Assembly (NCBI RefSeq): GCF_036588685.1
Contig: NC_086375.1
Coordinates: forward strand, 23,560,001 to 23,624,000
Origin: Mytilus trossulus
Taxonomy: Eukaryota
DNA: 64,000 nt
Direction: 5' to 3'
The notes under the pieces are model-generated. The model saw only the letters and a list, made by a program, of their open reading frames with translations, made no database searches and was not told the DNA's origin. Positions 24,484-37,009 of the stretch are shown one piece after another (the first letter of the stretch is position 1; each line of letters begins with the position of its first letter). The translations under genes were made by a program, and so were the position numbers.

Positions 24484-26190
24484 TCAAACTTTATAAACAA
24501 AACATGTCTGATATGATTTCTCATTTTTCTCACCACTTATATGACTTGACACTATCATCACTCCAGTTTCTCTGTTGATGTCTATAGCATAAGATTGTTT
24601 GATTCCATCAGCATCTGATAGTATTGTCTTACAGTTCTTACCATCGGGTGATACTACCACGATACTGTTGTTTCCATAAGATGCTATATAAACAAACCCA
24701 TACTTGTCTAATGTAAGTCCTTTTGGTTTGTCAATGTATTGATGCTGAAATGTCCATAGAGGTTCACCAGTGGCTTTGTAGCAGCAGACTGCATTTTCTC
24801 TGAAATTGGTACCATAGATATTTCCTTGGAATAATGCAACACGAAGAAGTCCTTCCATTCCTTCTAAGATTGTATGAGACATGTCACTCAGATTCACTGT
24901 AGTACACTGTCCGCCACTACTAATGACTAATATTTTACCATCACTTGCTACTCCAAGACATGCATGAGAAAGTTTAATTGATTGAATAATTTTACTTCTA
25001 TTTACATCCACCAGGACTGTCTGGTTTGCTGGTCCTAATGAGACAGCCACTGTATTATTCATGACAAGGCAACCATCACATGGAAACTCTGTGAATGTTA
25101 CTACTTTTCTGATAAAAATGCCATCATTACTGAACAACAGTAGTTGGTTACTGTTGTTATCAAGTACTATAAAATTCCCATCAGGTAATATAAGACAGGC
25201 AGATATATATAAAGACTTTATATCTTTTGAAATTGTCAGTCTTGTCAACAAGGATGGTTTTATTTGTTCCACTCCAGGACCTTTTGGAATCAAGTGCTGT
25301 GCTTGATCTTTTCTTCCAGCCTTTATTTTTAGAGTTGAAGTGGTGGTATTGATATTGATAATTCCAAATAAATTGACATCTTGTAAAAATGATTGAAGAG
25401 CAGATGAAAGGTTGACCTCTAAATTTTTTTCAATGAAATGGTCTCCACTTTCTAAATCTTCTATATATTTTGTGGTTTGTGATGTAATTTTCTCGATCTC
25501 TCTTAGAGCAATAAACCTTTGTAGCTCTGTAGTATATCGTGTCGTTTCAGAAAACTGGCTCTGTATTTGGTTTATCTGACTGGCTCGCTGTTCCATTTGT
25601 TGCACGAGATTGGCCATGTTTGATTTAAGCTTGGAGTATTTAGACTCTAAATCATTAAGTAAGTCTTGCTCTAATTTGTCTAAGTTATCATCAATCGATT
25701 TCCTCATATACCGTATTTTCTCGATGGCTTTTGTGTTCTGAGTATTGGAGGTAGTGATCCTGGTTTGCAGATACTTTATGGCTGTATCTATGTTTTCCTT
25801 CACAATCTTTAAATCTTTTTCAAAAAGTTGCACTGAGGCAGATGATTTGACTTGCTGAAGGATATCTGACAAAGGTTTCATTTCTTGACACATATTGTGT
25901 TTATCAGTGACACACTGGACACAGCATGGACAGGCATGGAAAGAACAGTAAAGTTCAAACTTCTTCTTGTGGTCTCGGCACTGGCTACTTATTTTCTGCA
26001 TGAATGTAGGTAACTTTTGGTAATCATCAGCTGACATGGTTTTATGGTTCTTAGACAGATGTGACTTGCTGTGAGGTTTTTCACAGTCTCCACAAAATAA
26101 AACCTCACATTCTGTGCACCAAGTGACTGCTGAATTGGAGATTCCATTGTCATTGCAAATTGTACAAAGTTGTTTGACTGATGAGGCCAT
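24484..26190 (-). CDS. RING-less TRIM-like protein A: two B-boxes, coiled coil, C-terminal NHL-like beta-propeller (568 aa)
   Basis: Single coding exon. B-box1 CTIC...WCTECEVLFCGDCEKPH...H; B-box2 CRDH...LYCSFHACPCCVQCVTDKH; helical middle; NHL-like blades (PKGLTLDKYGFVYIASYGNNSIVVVSPDG). Acceptor just before 26208; inferred upstream 5' exon ending at 28529. Confidence 0.92.
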   Translation of the reverse strand: MASSVKQLCTICNDNGISNSAVTWCTECEVLFCGDCEKPHSKSHLSKNHKTMSADDYQKLPTFMQKISSQCRDHKKKFELYCSFHACPCCVQCVTDKHNMCQEMKPLSDILQQVKSSASVQLFEKDLKIVKENIDTAIKYLQTRITTSNTQNTKAIEKIRYMRKSIDDNLDKLEQDLLNDLESKYSKLKSNMANLVQQMEQRASQINQIQSQFSETTRYTTELQRFIALREIEKITSQTTKYIEDLESGDHFIEKNLEVNLSSALQSFLQDVNLFGIININTTTSTLKIKAGRKDQAQHLIPKGPGVEQIKPSLLTRLTISKDIKSLYISACLILPDGNFIVLDNNSNQLLLFSNDGIFIRKVVTFTEFPCDGCLVMNNTVAVSLGPANQTVLVDVNRSKIIQSIKLSHACLGVASDGKILVISSGGQCTTVNLSDMSHTILEGMEGLLRVALFQGNIYGTNFRENAVCCYKATGEPLWTFQHQYIDKPKGLTLDKYGFVYIASYGNNSIVVVSPDGKNCKTILSDADGIKQSYAIDINRETGVMIVSSHISGEKNEKSYQTCFVYKV

Positions 26191-26833
26191 TACTTTTTCT
26201 CTCTACATCTGAAATATATGGGGGAAAGCTCTCTATAAATATGAATGAGTAATATAACAAATAATTTGCCGAAAAATATTACTGTAGTAAGTAATCAGTA
26301 TTATGAATAGATTCTACAAGTCCCAATATCTCATGACAAAACATATGCTAAAGCTATATGTATTAGGAAACTGTAAAAAGAAAAAGAAAAGAAAAACAGG
26401 GATCAGCAAGACAAGATCTTCAAAAGTGCAGCTTTCCAAAATTATCAGTTGACTCCTTGAAGGAACTTAAATGACGACTTTTATCATTTTTGTTTTGTTT
26501 TTACGTACTATCTTGAAAACTATAATGAAAAGATAGATTTCTAAACTGCAAAGTTTTACATATCTACAAATAGATCAAATAGAAGAAATTGTTAATCCGC
26601 TCTCTGTAAGAATTAGTGAGAACTTTAGATTGGCAGAAAGACAAAATCTATTTGATTGAAGAGGTATGTCAACTTCTAATATGAGTTATTGTCCTTTAAG
26701 ATGGATTTTTATGACCCATCCCCATCTAGGGGGCATTATTTTTGTCGGTCTGTGCGTCCGTTTGTTTGTTCAGTCGTTCTTTTGTCTGACTGTCTGTCTG
26801 TCCCACTACATATTTAAGGTTTAGGTCAAGTTA

Positions 26834-27277
26834 GAATGAAATTCAAAACAGTGTGGCTGTGGCCATTTATTGACACATTAAATTCATCCATTGACTAGGA
26901 CAATTTAGGTTAACGTTTGTATGTAACGACCACTGCTCACTTTGCACTTTTAATAGACTCATAAACTATGGGGTCACCAAAGGTTCTCATTACCTAAATA
27001 AAGTAATTCAAAAAAATAATCAGAAATAACACGATGTTTTGATTGATATCAATTATATTAAATCAAAACTTAAAGATTATTCCTGATTAATTTTTCGAAT
27101 TATTTTATAATTAAAGGCGTTTAGAAGCCTTTGGTGACCCCACAGTTTAAATGTCTAATGTAGGTACGTCTTGAACAGTGGTCGTTACAGACAAAGGTTC
27201 ACGTAAATTGTCTCAGTCAATGGATGAATCTAATCTGTCAATCAATAGCCACAGCCACACTGTTTTGAATTTCATTC
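26834..27277. mobile_element. Fold-back MITE with TA target duplication, specific to copy 1
   Basis: TIR GAATGAAATTCAAAACAGTGTGGCTGTGGC, palindromic over nearly its whole length. The empty site GTCAAGTTAGTTTTTG in copy 2 (~34141) confirms the TA TSD. Confidence 0.88.
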
Positions 27278-28000
27278 TAGTTTTTGATGCAGTTTAAGTT
27301 CAATTAATTTGAAACTTAGTGCACACGCATATGCTATAACCTTTTGTATGCTTATGTTAAATTAGAGTTTTTATCCCAGTTTCACAGTCCGCTAAACATA
27401 GCAAATGAACGTGCTAGTGGGTGTTAAAGTGTTTTTTTGGGTTTTTTTTGGTCAGGGTAGTTTTTTAGTTTTTTATGAAATTGAAATCCAATCAACTTGA
27501 AACTTAGCACATTGTAGTTTTTTATGAAATTGAAATCCAATCAACTTGAAACTAAGCACATATGGTCATTATGATATGATCTTCACAATTTAAATGCCAT
27601 TTTAGAGTTTTGACCTCAATTTCACGGTCCACTAAGCATAGAGAATGGTAATGGGAGTTGGTCCTCTATGTACTATAAACACATTCTTGTTCCTTTTTAG
27701 TTTTGTTTTGGGAACCAAAAGGTATGCTTGCCTAAGAAAACTTCAAATAGCTTAACTAGATCTACAAATAGGTCATATCTGAAATTAATAGTTAACTTAA
27801 ATGATATTTTATTTATTTTTGCAAATTAAAAGCAGAGAGACCATGAACAACAAAAAATAATCAGTCAAACATCAACTTTATAGTCCACCAAGGTATTTAT
27901 AAGTTGCACCGAATGATCAAGTTGAGAAAAATTATAAGACTCTTAATTTCGAACCTTAAGTTCATTCTCGGAGTGACAAGAGAAATTAAAATATATACAA

Positions 28001-28272
28001 AACAAGAATGTGTCCTCAGTACACGAATGCCCCACTCACACTATCATTTTCCATGTTCAGTGGACCGTGAAATTGGGGTAAAAACTCTAATTTGGCATTA
28101 CAATTAGAAATATCATATCAAAGGGAACATGTGTACTAAGATTGAAGTCGATTGGACTTCAACTTCATCAAAAACTACCTTGACCAAAACATTAACCTGA
28201 AGCGGGGCAGACGGACAAACGGACGAACGAACGAACGGACGCACAGACCAGAAAACATAATGCCCCTCTACT
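28001..28272 (-). mobile_element. Intact HINE-like family B copy, specific to copy 1
   Basis: AACAAGAATGTGTCC...CCCCTCTACTATCGTAGGTGGGGTATAAAA; absent from the equivalent A-run of copy 2 (~34841). Confidence 0.85.
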
Positions 28273-31200
28273 ATCGTAGGTGGGGTATAAAAAGAGTGTA
28301 CTATCTCCTTGAAATTTAGGGACTGTGTCAGAATAATATATCATATAAACATGATAAAGTAAATTTTCCCTTTCTTGTGTTGGACATTTATTATGATTTT
28401 ACTTTCTGTTTTAAACATTCAAGGATTTCTTGCTTTATGTACTGATATACTATTGCCAGAGTTTAATGAAATTTTTATTTTAGTTAATTAAATAACTGTG
28501 CTATTGAACTATTTGAATCGATTCTTACCATGAACATTTTGGCGGAAAGAAATTTGAACAGGGAAGTAAAATGTCTAATATCTGGGACACTTCCGTATAT
28601 TATTGATTCAAATAGAACTTCTTATCCCAACAGTTAAATGTCTGTGTTTGATTATAAATTTGATACACTAATATTTTTTTTTTTATTTAAATGCGTGTGC
28701 TTTCATACTTACTTAAAAACACTCAACAATTTTTAAAGAATCTCCAATGTGTGTAATCACACAAATCTGATAAATATTGTTTTTGACATTCAATTAAAAC
28801 AACTTTCATATTTTAATTATTCATCAAACATCTTTAAAAAAATATCAATTTTGAATAAGTTTTAGTATAACGTAGTCAATAGTTATAAAAGATATCAGTA
28901 TTATAACTACGTACGCCAGACGCGTGTTTCTACCTTTTTAATGACAATACATGTAACCCATTAAGGCAGATGAAGAACTGCATGATTTAAATTATAGAAA
29001 CAAAACATTATTTGAATCTGGAATAATTTTGAATTCTGGAAATTGATAAGAAATTTATGATGAAAATAAACCAAATTAATGAGACACAGAGGGGAGGGGT
29101 AGTTAGTTTATACAGAAATAAAGCAAAGGAAATTTGAACCTAAGTCGTGCAAGAAGGGCTAAACCCCTAAAGATGGTTAGTTTTCATCATACATTTCTTT
29201 TTATTTTAACATAGATTAGAATTATTCCAAAATCAAATATTTGCTTTTTTAAAAGATCATATACTTCTTAAAAAAGAAACATGTTTGTACAAGATATTCC
29301 ATACAGAAATACTTGTAATAATTTTATTAAGACAAAAATATATTTTTTGGCACCTCCCCTAAAAATTAATAAAGCTTTGACCGCTTAAATAAACACTATT
29401 TGTATTTTTAGTCAACTTAGGTCAAAATATTTCACAATCTTCGTGTGTTTTTGGCATATTTAACCTTGGCCGCCATCCACTATCCAAATAAAGGCAACAG
29501 TAGTATAACGCTGTTCAAAACTCATAAATCCATGGACAAAAAACAAAATCGGGGTAACAAACTAAAACCGAGGGAAACGCATTAAATACAAGAGGAGAAC
29601 AACGACACAACACCGAAACAGACCAAGCATCACAGTTTTGATATTGACGAATTCTATATCGAAATTGGAATCTTTTGGTTACAATCATTTCGGATCATAG
29701 ATGGCGGCCAAAGTTATCTTAACGCTTTTAAGTCTGAAAATTGCAAAAAATCGACATATTTTGACAAAATGTCTAAAATGGGCTTCGTTTTCGTGGTTCA
29801 TTGGTCATTGTTCATAGTTTGTTTCTTATATACTATTATAAGCATCTGGTCAAGTATATTGAAATAAAATTAATGCATATGTTGTGTACAGGTTATTATT
29901 TTGTACAAATTATAATGTGTACAAAACAACTGTACAAATTATAATTTGCATTTTGACTTTGTACACATTGTAATCCAAAATATTCCTGTACACATTATAA
30001 TTTGTAAAAAATCAGGCTAAATTTCACTTATAACTTGTACAATATTTTACATGGTATAATCTTAAAAATCAAATGATAAAAAAAAACTACGAATCAATAT
30101 GAAAGACACTGATAACTGTATATACAAAACTATAATAACAATACTTGTATTTGTTGGAGCAGGTGAGCAAACATTGACCTCGAATTACACAATACATACT
30201 GCATTTTGCGTTTCAACCGCCTTTACATTTCTAAGAAAGAAAGAGAAAGTTGTTAATACGGAATTTGTGTAACAGACATAGAAGAGTCAAAATAGATTCT
30301 AGTTGGTTTCTGCTTAAAAAGGAGAGATGAAAGATACCAAAGGAACAGTCAAACTCATAGATCGATAACACTCCTGATAAATTACCAACTATTGTCACTC
30401 CACATCTGATAGCTTTCCTACTTGTCCTTGCACTAGTACTGTATAAGCCAATCAATATGTGGAATTTTAACGTGAAGTATAATAAAACTATATTATACTC
30501 CAAGTAACTGACAAAAAATGTCTGTCCTTCTATTGAGCTCAAACTAGCCAACGTATGACCAGTCTTTTAGGGATGATATATAATCTGTTTGAAATTACTA
30601 GATTATACATTTGTAGTAATAAATCAGAGAATATACACAACAGACTGACTGACTGGTTGCTAGCTTTTTAACAGTACACAATCATTTTAAATTAACATAT
30701 TTTGCCAAAAAGGCATACTGTCTTATAATGCCCGGGAAATAAAGATTTGTCAAAACTAGAACCGGGATTTCAGGATTGTACCGATCCCATATCTATCGTG
30801 TCTATTCTTTGAAAAAAAGAAGAACCTATCATGCACTTTTTGATTTGGTTTGATCTAGATCTCAGATATTATAAACAATAGGTCAATTATTGTATTTAGT
30901 GTATAGAACAAACAAAGTTGTACAAATAAAAAAGAAGATGTGGTATGATTGCCTATGCCGGAGACTTCTGTGTACAAGAGACCAAAATGACACAGAACTT
31001 AACAACCGTACGGCCTTCAACAATGAGCCATGTCTGCCTGGCTGTGATTATATTACATTGGCCTCAATTTCATGGCTCATTGCTCAATGTTGATTTTGTG
31101 GTTGGATGTCAGGCACTGCAAGCAACAGGACCACTATATTTGGGGAATATAATGATTATAGGGTGTAATGTCTGTCTGGCTTGGTTTATTTTACTCACTC

Positions 31201-31974
31201 GGCTCTGAACTTGATAATGTGAAAGTTTAAGTACTAGTAGTAAAACCTTCACATTAAAGACTTTCATCTGCATTTGTTTTCACCTGTTGTTCAGGAGTTG
31301 TCGGTTGTTGTGGTTCACAAGTGCTTATCCTTTCTTGTTTTTTGTGTATGGATTAGTCTTGGTTTTTCTGTTTGCATTGTTTTACACTAGTCTTTCTATG
31401 GCCCTTTAAAGCTTGCTGTTCAGTGTTAGCCAATGCTTTGTGTCGAGGCTGTACTCTGACTATTGTACTTTGACCTATAATTGTTTACTTTTCATACATT
31501 GTGACTTGGATGGAGATTTGTCTAATTTGCATACCACTTCTACTTATTTCTATTTCAACATAAATTCAGGCATAAGAAAATTAGGCGAGACATTTCAGAG
31601 TGAGCACTGTCTTGACAGGAAGGTTAACATAGTAAAGTTTAGTTTCAGTATCGAAAATATTTACACCACAACCAGTTTAGCTTAATACGAACATAGTCTC
31701 AGGCATTTAAATTATTTGATTTGCATTAAGGTAAAAACTGAAAGTCTTTTTGATGCATACTATTACTGTTTCCTTTTTTGAATAATATGTTATGTGTTCG
31801 GAAAAATAGGATAAAAATGTTTATAAATATAAAAATATATATGATAGTGAACAAATATGTATTTTAATAATTTAGGATTTATATGCCTTAATAAGGAAAA
31901 TGAAATGTCCTTGAAATGATTAAACACTATGTCTAGATACAATTCTATTCAAAATAATAAAATAAAAGAGCATT

Positions 31975-33684
31975 TCAAACTTTATAAACAAAACATGTCT
32001 GATATGATTTCTCATTTTTCTCACCACTTATATGACTTGACACTATCATCACTCCAGTTTCTCTGTTGATGTCTATAGCATAAGGTTGTTTGATTCCATC
32101 AGCCTCTGATAGTATTGTCTTACAGATCTTACCATCTGGTGATACTACTACGATACTGTTGTTTCCAGAAGAAGCTATATAAACAAAACCATTTTTGTCT
32201 AATGCAAGTCCTCGTGGGCTGGCAATGTCTTGATGCTGAAATGTCCACAGAGGTTCTCCTGTAACTTTGTAGCAGCAGACTTCATTTCCACTGACATTGG
32301 TACCATAGATATTTCCTTGGAATAATGAAATACGAAACACTCCTCTCATTCCTACTAAGATTGTATGAGACATGTCACTCAGATTCACTGTAGTACACCG
32401 GCTGCCACTATCACTGATTACCAAAGTTTTACCATCACTTGCTACTCCATAACAGTTGTGAGAAAGTTTAATTGATTGGATAATTTTATTTCTATTTACA
32501 TCTACCAGTACTGTCTGTTTCTCTCGTCCTAATGTAACAGCCACTGTATTATTCTTGACAAGGCAACCATCATATGGACTCTCTGAGAATGTTACTACTT
32601 TTCTGATAAAAATGCCATCATTACTGAACAACAGTAGTTGGCAATTGTTCCTATCAATTATCATAAATTTACCATCAGGTAATATAAGACAGGCAATCAT
32701 ATTTAAAGACTTTATATCTTTTGGAATTGTCAGTCTTGTCAACAAAGATAGTTTTATTTGTTCCACTCCAGGAACTTTTGGAACCAAGTGCTGGGCTTGA
32801 TCTTTTCTTCCAGCCTTTATTTTAAGAGTAGAGAGGGTGGTATTGATATTGATATTTCCAAATGAATTGACATCTTGTAAAATTGATTGTAGAGCAGATG
32901 AAAGGTTGACCTCTAGATTCTTTTCTATGAAATGGTCTCCACTTTCTAAATCTTCTATGTATTTTGTCGTTTGTGATGTAATTTTCTCAATCTCTCTTAG
33001 ACCAATAAACCTTTGTAGCTCTGTAGTATATTGTGTCGTTTCGGAAAACTGGCTCTGCATTTGGTTTATCTGACTGGCTCGCTGTTCCATTTGTTGTATG
33101 ATACTGGCCATGTTTGATTTAAGCTGTGAATGTTTAGACTCTAAATCATTAAGTAAGTCTTGCTCTAATTTGTCTAAGTAATCATCAATCGATTTCCTCA
33201 TATACCGTATTTTCTCAATGGCTTTGGTGTTCTGAGTATCGGTGGTGGTGATCCTGGTTTGCAGATACTTTATGGCTGTATCTATGTTTTCCTTCACAAT
33301 CTTTAAATCTTTTTCAAAAAGTTGCACTGAGGCAGATGATTTGACTTGCTGAAGTATATCTGACAAAGGTTTCATTTCTTGACACATCTTGTGTTTATCA
33401 GTGACACACTGAACACAGCATGGACAGGCATGGAAAGAACAGTAAAGTTCAATCTTCTTCTTGTGGTCTTGACACTGGCTACTTATTTCTTGCATGAATT
33501 TAGGTAACTTTTGGTAATCATCAGCTGACATGGTTTTGTGGTTTTTAGACAGATGTGACTTGCTGTGAGGTTTTTCACAGTCTGCACAAAATAAAACCTC
33601 GCATTCTGTGCACCAGATGACTGCTGAATTGGAGATTCCATCGTCATGGCAAATTGTACAAAGTTGTTTGACTGATGAGGCCAT
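31975..33684 (-). CDS. RING-less TRIM-like protein B, paralog of A (569 aa)
   Basis: Same architecture, about 87% identical to A by hand count. Acceptor just before 33703; inferred 5' exon ending at 35073. Confidence 0.92.
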   Translation of the reverse strand: MASSVKQLCTICHDDGISNSAVIWCTECEVLFCADCEKPHSKSHLSKNHKTMSADDYQKLPKFMQEISSQCQDHKKKIELYCSFHACPCCVQCVTDKHKMCQEMKPLSDILQQVKSSASVQLFEKDLKIVKENIDTAIKYLQTRITTTDTQNTKAIEKIRYMRKSIDDYLDKLEQDLLNDLESKHSQLKSNMASIIQQMEQRASQINQMQSQFSETTQYTTELQRFIGLREIEKITSQTTKYIEDLESGDHFIEKNLEVNLSSALQSILQDVNSFGNININTTLSTLKIKAGRKDQAQHLVPKVPGVEQIKLSLLTRLTIPKDIKSLNMIACLILPDGKFMIIDRNNCQLLLFSNDGIFIRKVVTFSESPYDGCLVKNNTVAVTLGREKQTVLVDVNRNKIIQSIKLSHNCYGVASDGKTLVISDSGSRCTTVNLSDMSHTILVGMRGVFRISLFQGNIYGTNVSGNEVCCYKVTGEPLWTFQHQDIASPRGLALDKNGFVYIASSGNNSIVVVSPDGKICKTILSEADGIKQPYAIDINRETGVMIVSSHISGEKNEKSYQTCFVYKV

Positions 33685-35804
33685 TACTTCTTTCTCTTTA
33701 CATCTAAAATATATGGATAAAAGCTCTCTAATATGAATATGCTGGGAGTGAATCGGTTATATAACAAATAGTTTGCCGAAAATTATTACTGTATTAAGAA
33801 ATCAGTATTATGAATAGATTCTTCATGTCCCAAAACCTATGCTATGGCTATATATTATAAGGAAACTGTAAAAAGAGAAAAAGAAAAAAAGGAATCAGCA
33901 AGACAAGATCTTCAAAAGTGCAGCTATCCAAAATTATCAGTTGACTCCTTAAAGGAATCCGTAATATCTATAAAACTATAATGAAAAGATAGATTTCTAA
34001 AATGCAAAATTGATCAATAAGTACTACATATCTAAAAATAGAAGAGGGCATTATTTTTGGTCGGTCTTTGTGTCCGTTCGTTTGTTCAGTCGCTCTTTCG
34101 TCTGGCTGTCTGTCTGTCCCACTGCAGATTTAAGTTTTTGGTCAAGTTAGTTTTTGATGTACTTAGTTTTTTTGAAGTCCAATTGATTTGAAACTTAGTT
34201 CACACATTGCTATAACCTTTCTTATGCTTATGTTAAATTAGAGTTTTGATCCCAGTTTCACGGTCCACTAAACATAGCAAATGAAAGTGCTAGTAGAGGC
34301 CACCAAAGTGTAAAGTTTTTGGTCAGGGTAGTTTTTCAATTTTTGATAAAATTGAAATCCAATCAATTTGAAACTTTGTACATATGGTCCCTATGATATG
34401 ATCTTCCCAATTTAAACGCAAGTTTCGAGTTTTGACCTTAATTTCACGGTCCACTGAACATAGATAATGGTAATGGGTCATCTATGTACTATGGACACAT
34501 TCTTGTTCCTTTTTAGTTTTGTTTTGGGAACAAAAGGTATGTTTGCATAAGAAAACTTCAAACAGCAAAAATTATCAGCTTTACCAGATCTACAAATAGG
34601 TCATATCTGAAATGATGGTTAACTTAAATGATATTTTATCCATTTTTGAAAATCAAAAGCATAGAGACCACGAACAACAAAAAATTATCAGTCACACATC
34701 TACTCTATGTATAATCTTGGAGAGTCCACCCAGGTATTAATGAAGTTGCACCGAATGATCAAGTTAAGAGACATTATAAGACTCTTAATTTCTAACCTGA
34801 AGTTCATTCTCGGAGTGACACTGAGAAATTAAAATATCTAGAAAAAAAGAGTGTAGTATCTTCTTTAAATTTTTGGACTGTGTCAGAATAATATATCAAA
34901 TAAAGTAAATTTTCCCTTTCTTGTGTTGAACATTTATTATGTTTTTACTTTCTGTTTTAAACATTCAAGGATTTCTTGTTTTATGTATTGATATACTACT
35001 GCCAGAGTTTAATAAAATTTTGATTTTGGTTAATTAAATAAATGTGCAATTGAATTATTTGAACATTCTTACCATGAACATGCTGACAGAAAGAAATTTG
35101 AACAGGGAAGTAAAATGTCCAATATCTGGGACGCTTACGTATATTATTGATTCAAATATGAATTCTTATCTCAACAGTTAAATGTCCTTGCATGAATATA
35201 GATTTTTACTTGTCATACTTACTTAAAAGCACACAACAATTTTTAAAAAGCACTCAACAATTTTTAAACATGTAAAGAATCTCCAATGTGTGTATTACAC
35301 AAATCTAATCAAAATACTGAAGTACTGAACATCGGATGACCGCAAGGTCTTGCGGATGGCCAAAACATAGCACTTGTCACAGAAAATAATTACACCTCTA
35401 TACCTGAAACTGAGGTTAATTTACAGAAAAATTTCATTTTTTTTTAAGAGACAAGTTCGTGCGTGAATGATAAATAATGACAGGAAATTCAACTTCGTAG
35501 TAATAACTATTGCATTGTAGTGATACAAATCAGTATACACTGGTTTGTTGTTATATATTATATTCATATAACAGTTAATGTATCTATAATTTTCATCCAT
35601 TTGTATATCATTATTTTCTACTTATGTAATAATAGTACAGTACAAGTGCATGGTGGAGAATAGTGAAGTACAAGTGCATGTATACTAATAATATCTTTAT
35701 TTAGAGAGAGCAGAGACATATATACATATATATGTCTCTGGAGAGAGTAACTCATTTGGATTACACCAATTTTCAATAAGGCTCTCTAAATAAGGCTCTG
35801 TATA

Positions 35805-36092
35805 GTGGCCGGTTAATTTCATTTCGCATTTTCGGATCGCCCTTCTTATTCTATAGGGCGAAAACGCGGAAGTCGAAAAAGAAAAAAACGCGAAGACGAA
35901 AACGCAAAAACGCGAAATATTTTTTTCTTTCCGATTTCGGTTTTTCGACTTCGCGTGTTCGCCTTTTCGCGTTTTCGACTTCGTGTTTTCGCCCTATAGA
36001 ATATGAAGGGTGGAAACGCGAAAACGCGAAATGGACAACGTTGCGAAAACGCGAAGTATTTTTTCTTTCCGATTTTGTGTGTTCGCGTTTTC
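35805..36092. repeat. CpG-rich fold-back fragment built of GCGAAAAC/GTTTTCGC motifs
   Basis: Arms CCCTTCTTATTCTATAGGGCGAAAAC / GTTTTCGCCCTATAGAATATGAAGGG. Lies in a ~1.1-kb stretch (~35320-36430) absent from copy 1. Confidence 0.65.
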
Positions 36093-36881
36093 AATGATTA
36101 TAAATATTATCAATGATTTTTTTACTTATATCTAATGACAACATTTTCATATTAATAATTTATGTTATAAACAAAAATATCTTTATCGGTATTCGTTGAA
36201 GAGATGTATTTATAACAATAAGGAATGCCATTTTGCACTCGTTAATATCCGCGTAGTTATCATTAATATAGATCGATTAAAAACCTAAAACGAATATTAC
36301 TTAATGGAAATCGAGGCGATAGCAAAACACCGAAATGTCCTCTCGGTCATCCGCTGTAAAATAAAAAAAACGAATATTACGTATTGGAAATCTAGGCGAT
36401 ACCGGAACGCTCACACGGTCATCCGTTTTTAAAATTATGTTTTTACTTTCATAACTTTTTTTTTATTAAACATCTTAAAAAAAAAAGGGAATTAGTTTTA
36501 GTATATTAACTTAGTAAACTTCCATGACAATACATGTAACTACTTGCATGATTTCAAAAATTAGAATCAGAAAAATATTTCAATCTGGAATAATTTTGAA
36601 TTCTGGGAAATCGCTAAGAAATGTATGATGACAACTAACTTTTTTATTTACTGTTTAAATTAACCATCCCCCCCTCTCATTAATTTTAATGAGAGGGGGG
36701 GTTAATTTAAACAGTAAATAAAAGCAAAAGTAACTTGAACCTAAATCGTGTAAGAAGGACTAAACCCATAAAGTTGGTTAGTTTTCGTCATATGTTTCTT
36801 TTCAGTTTAACATAGTTTAGAATTATTCCAGAATCAAAAATTAGCTTTTTTAAAAGTTCAATTACTTCTTTAAAAGGAAAC

Positions 36882-37009
36882 AAGAGGCGGATTTAGGGGG
36901 GGGGGGGGGGGTTGCTTATATAGGGAATCACTGAAGCGTGACTGGAGCGGGCCCCCTCTTATGTCAGTCAGTGGGCCCCCACTTATGAAAATTTCTGGAT
37001 CCGCCACTG
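36882..37009. mobile_element. Small hAT-like MITE, specific to copy 2
   Basis: Ends (A)AGAGGCGGAT ... ATCCGCCACTG; GAAAC repeated on both sides; empty site AAGAAACATGTTTG in copy 1 (~29275). Confidence 0.8.

Larger units (their letters stand above)
22374..29297. repeat. Tandem segmental duplication, copy 1 (contains TRIM-like gene A)
   Basis: Colinear with 29793-37030 from GTGGTT.ATTGGTCA.TGTTCAT through GAAACATGTTTG.ACAAGATA, apart from copy-specific insertions. Confidence 0.9.

Noticed and set aside
25061-25306. Antisense ORFs over the TRIM genes (also 32555-32800 and 32837-33073)
   Set aside because: Shadow frames; their similarity follows from the duplication.
28584-28594. NF-kB/ETS-like motif GGGACACTTCC upstream of TRIM gene A
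   Set aside because: Short, and not preserved in copy 2 (GGGACGCTTAC); insufficient evidence.
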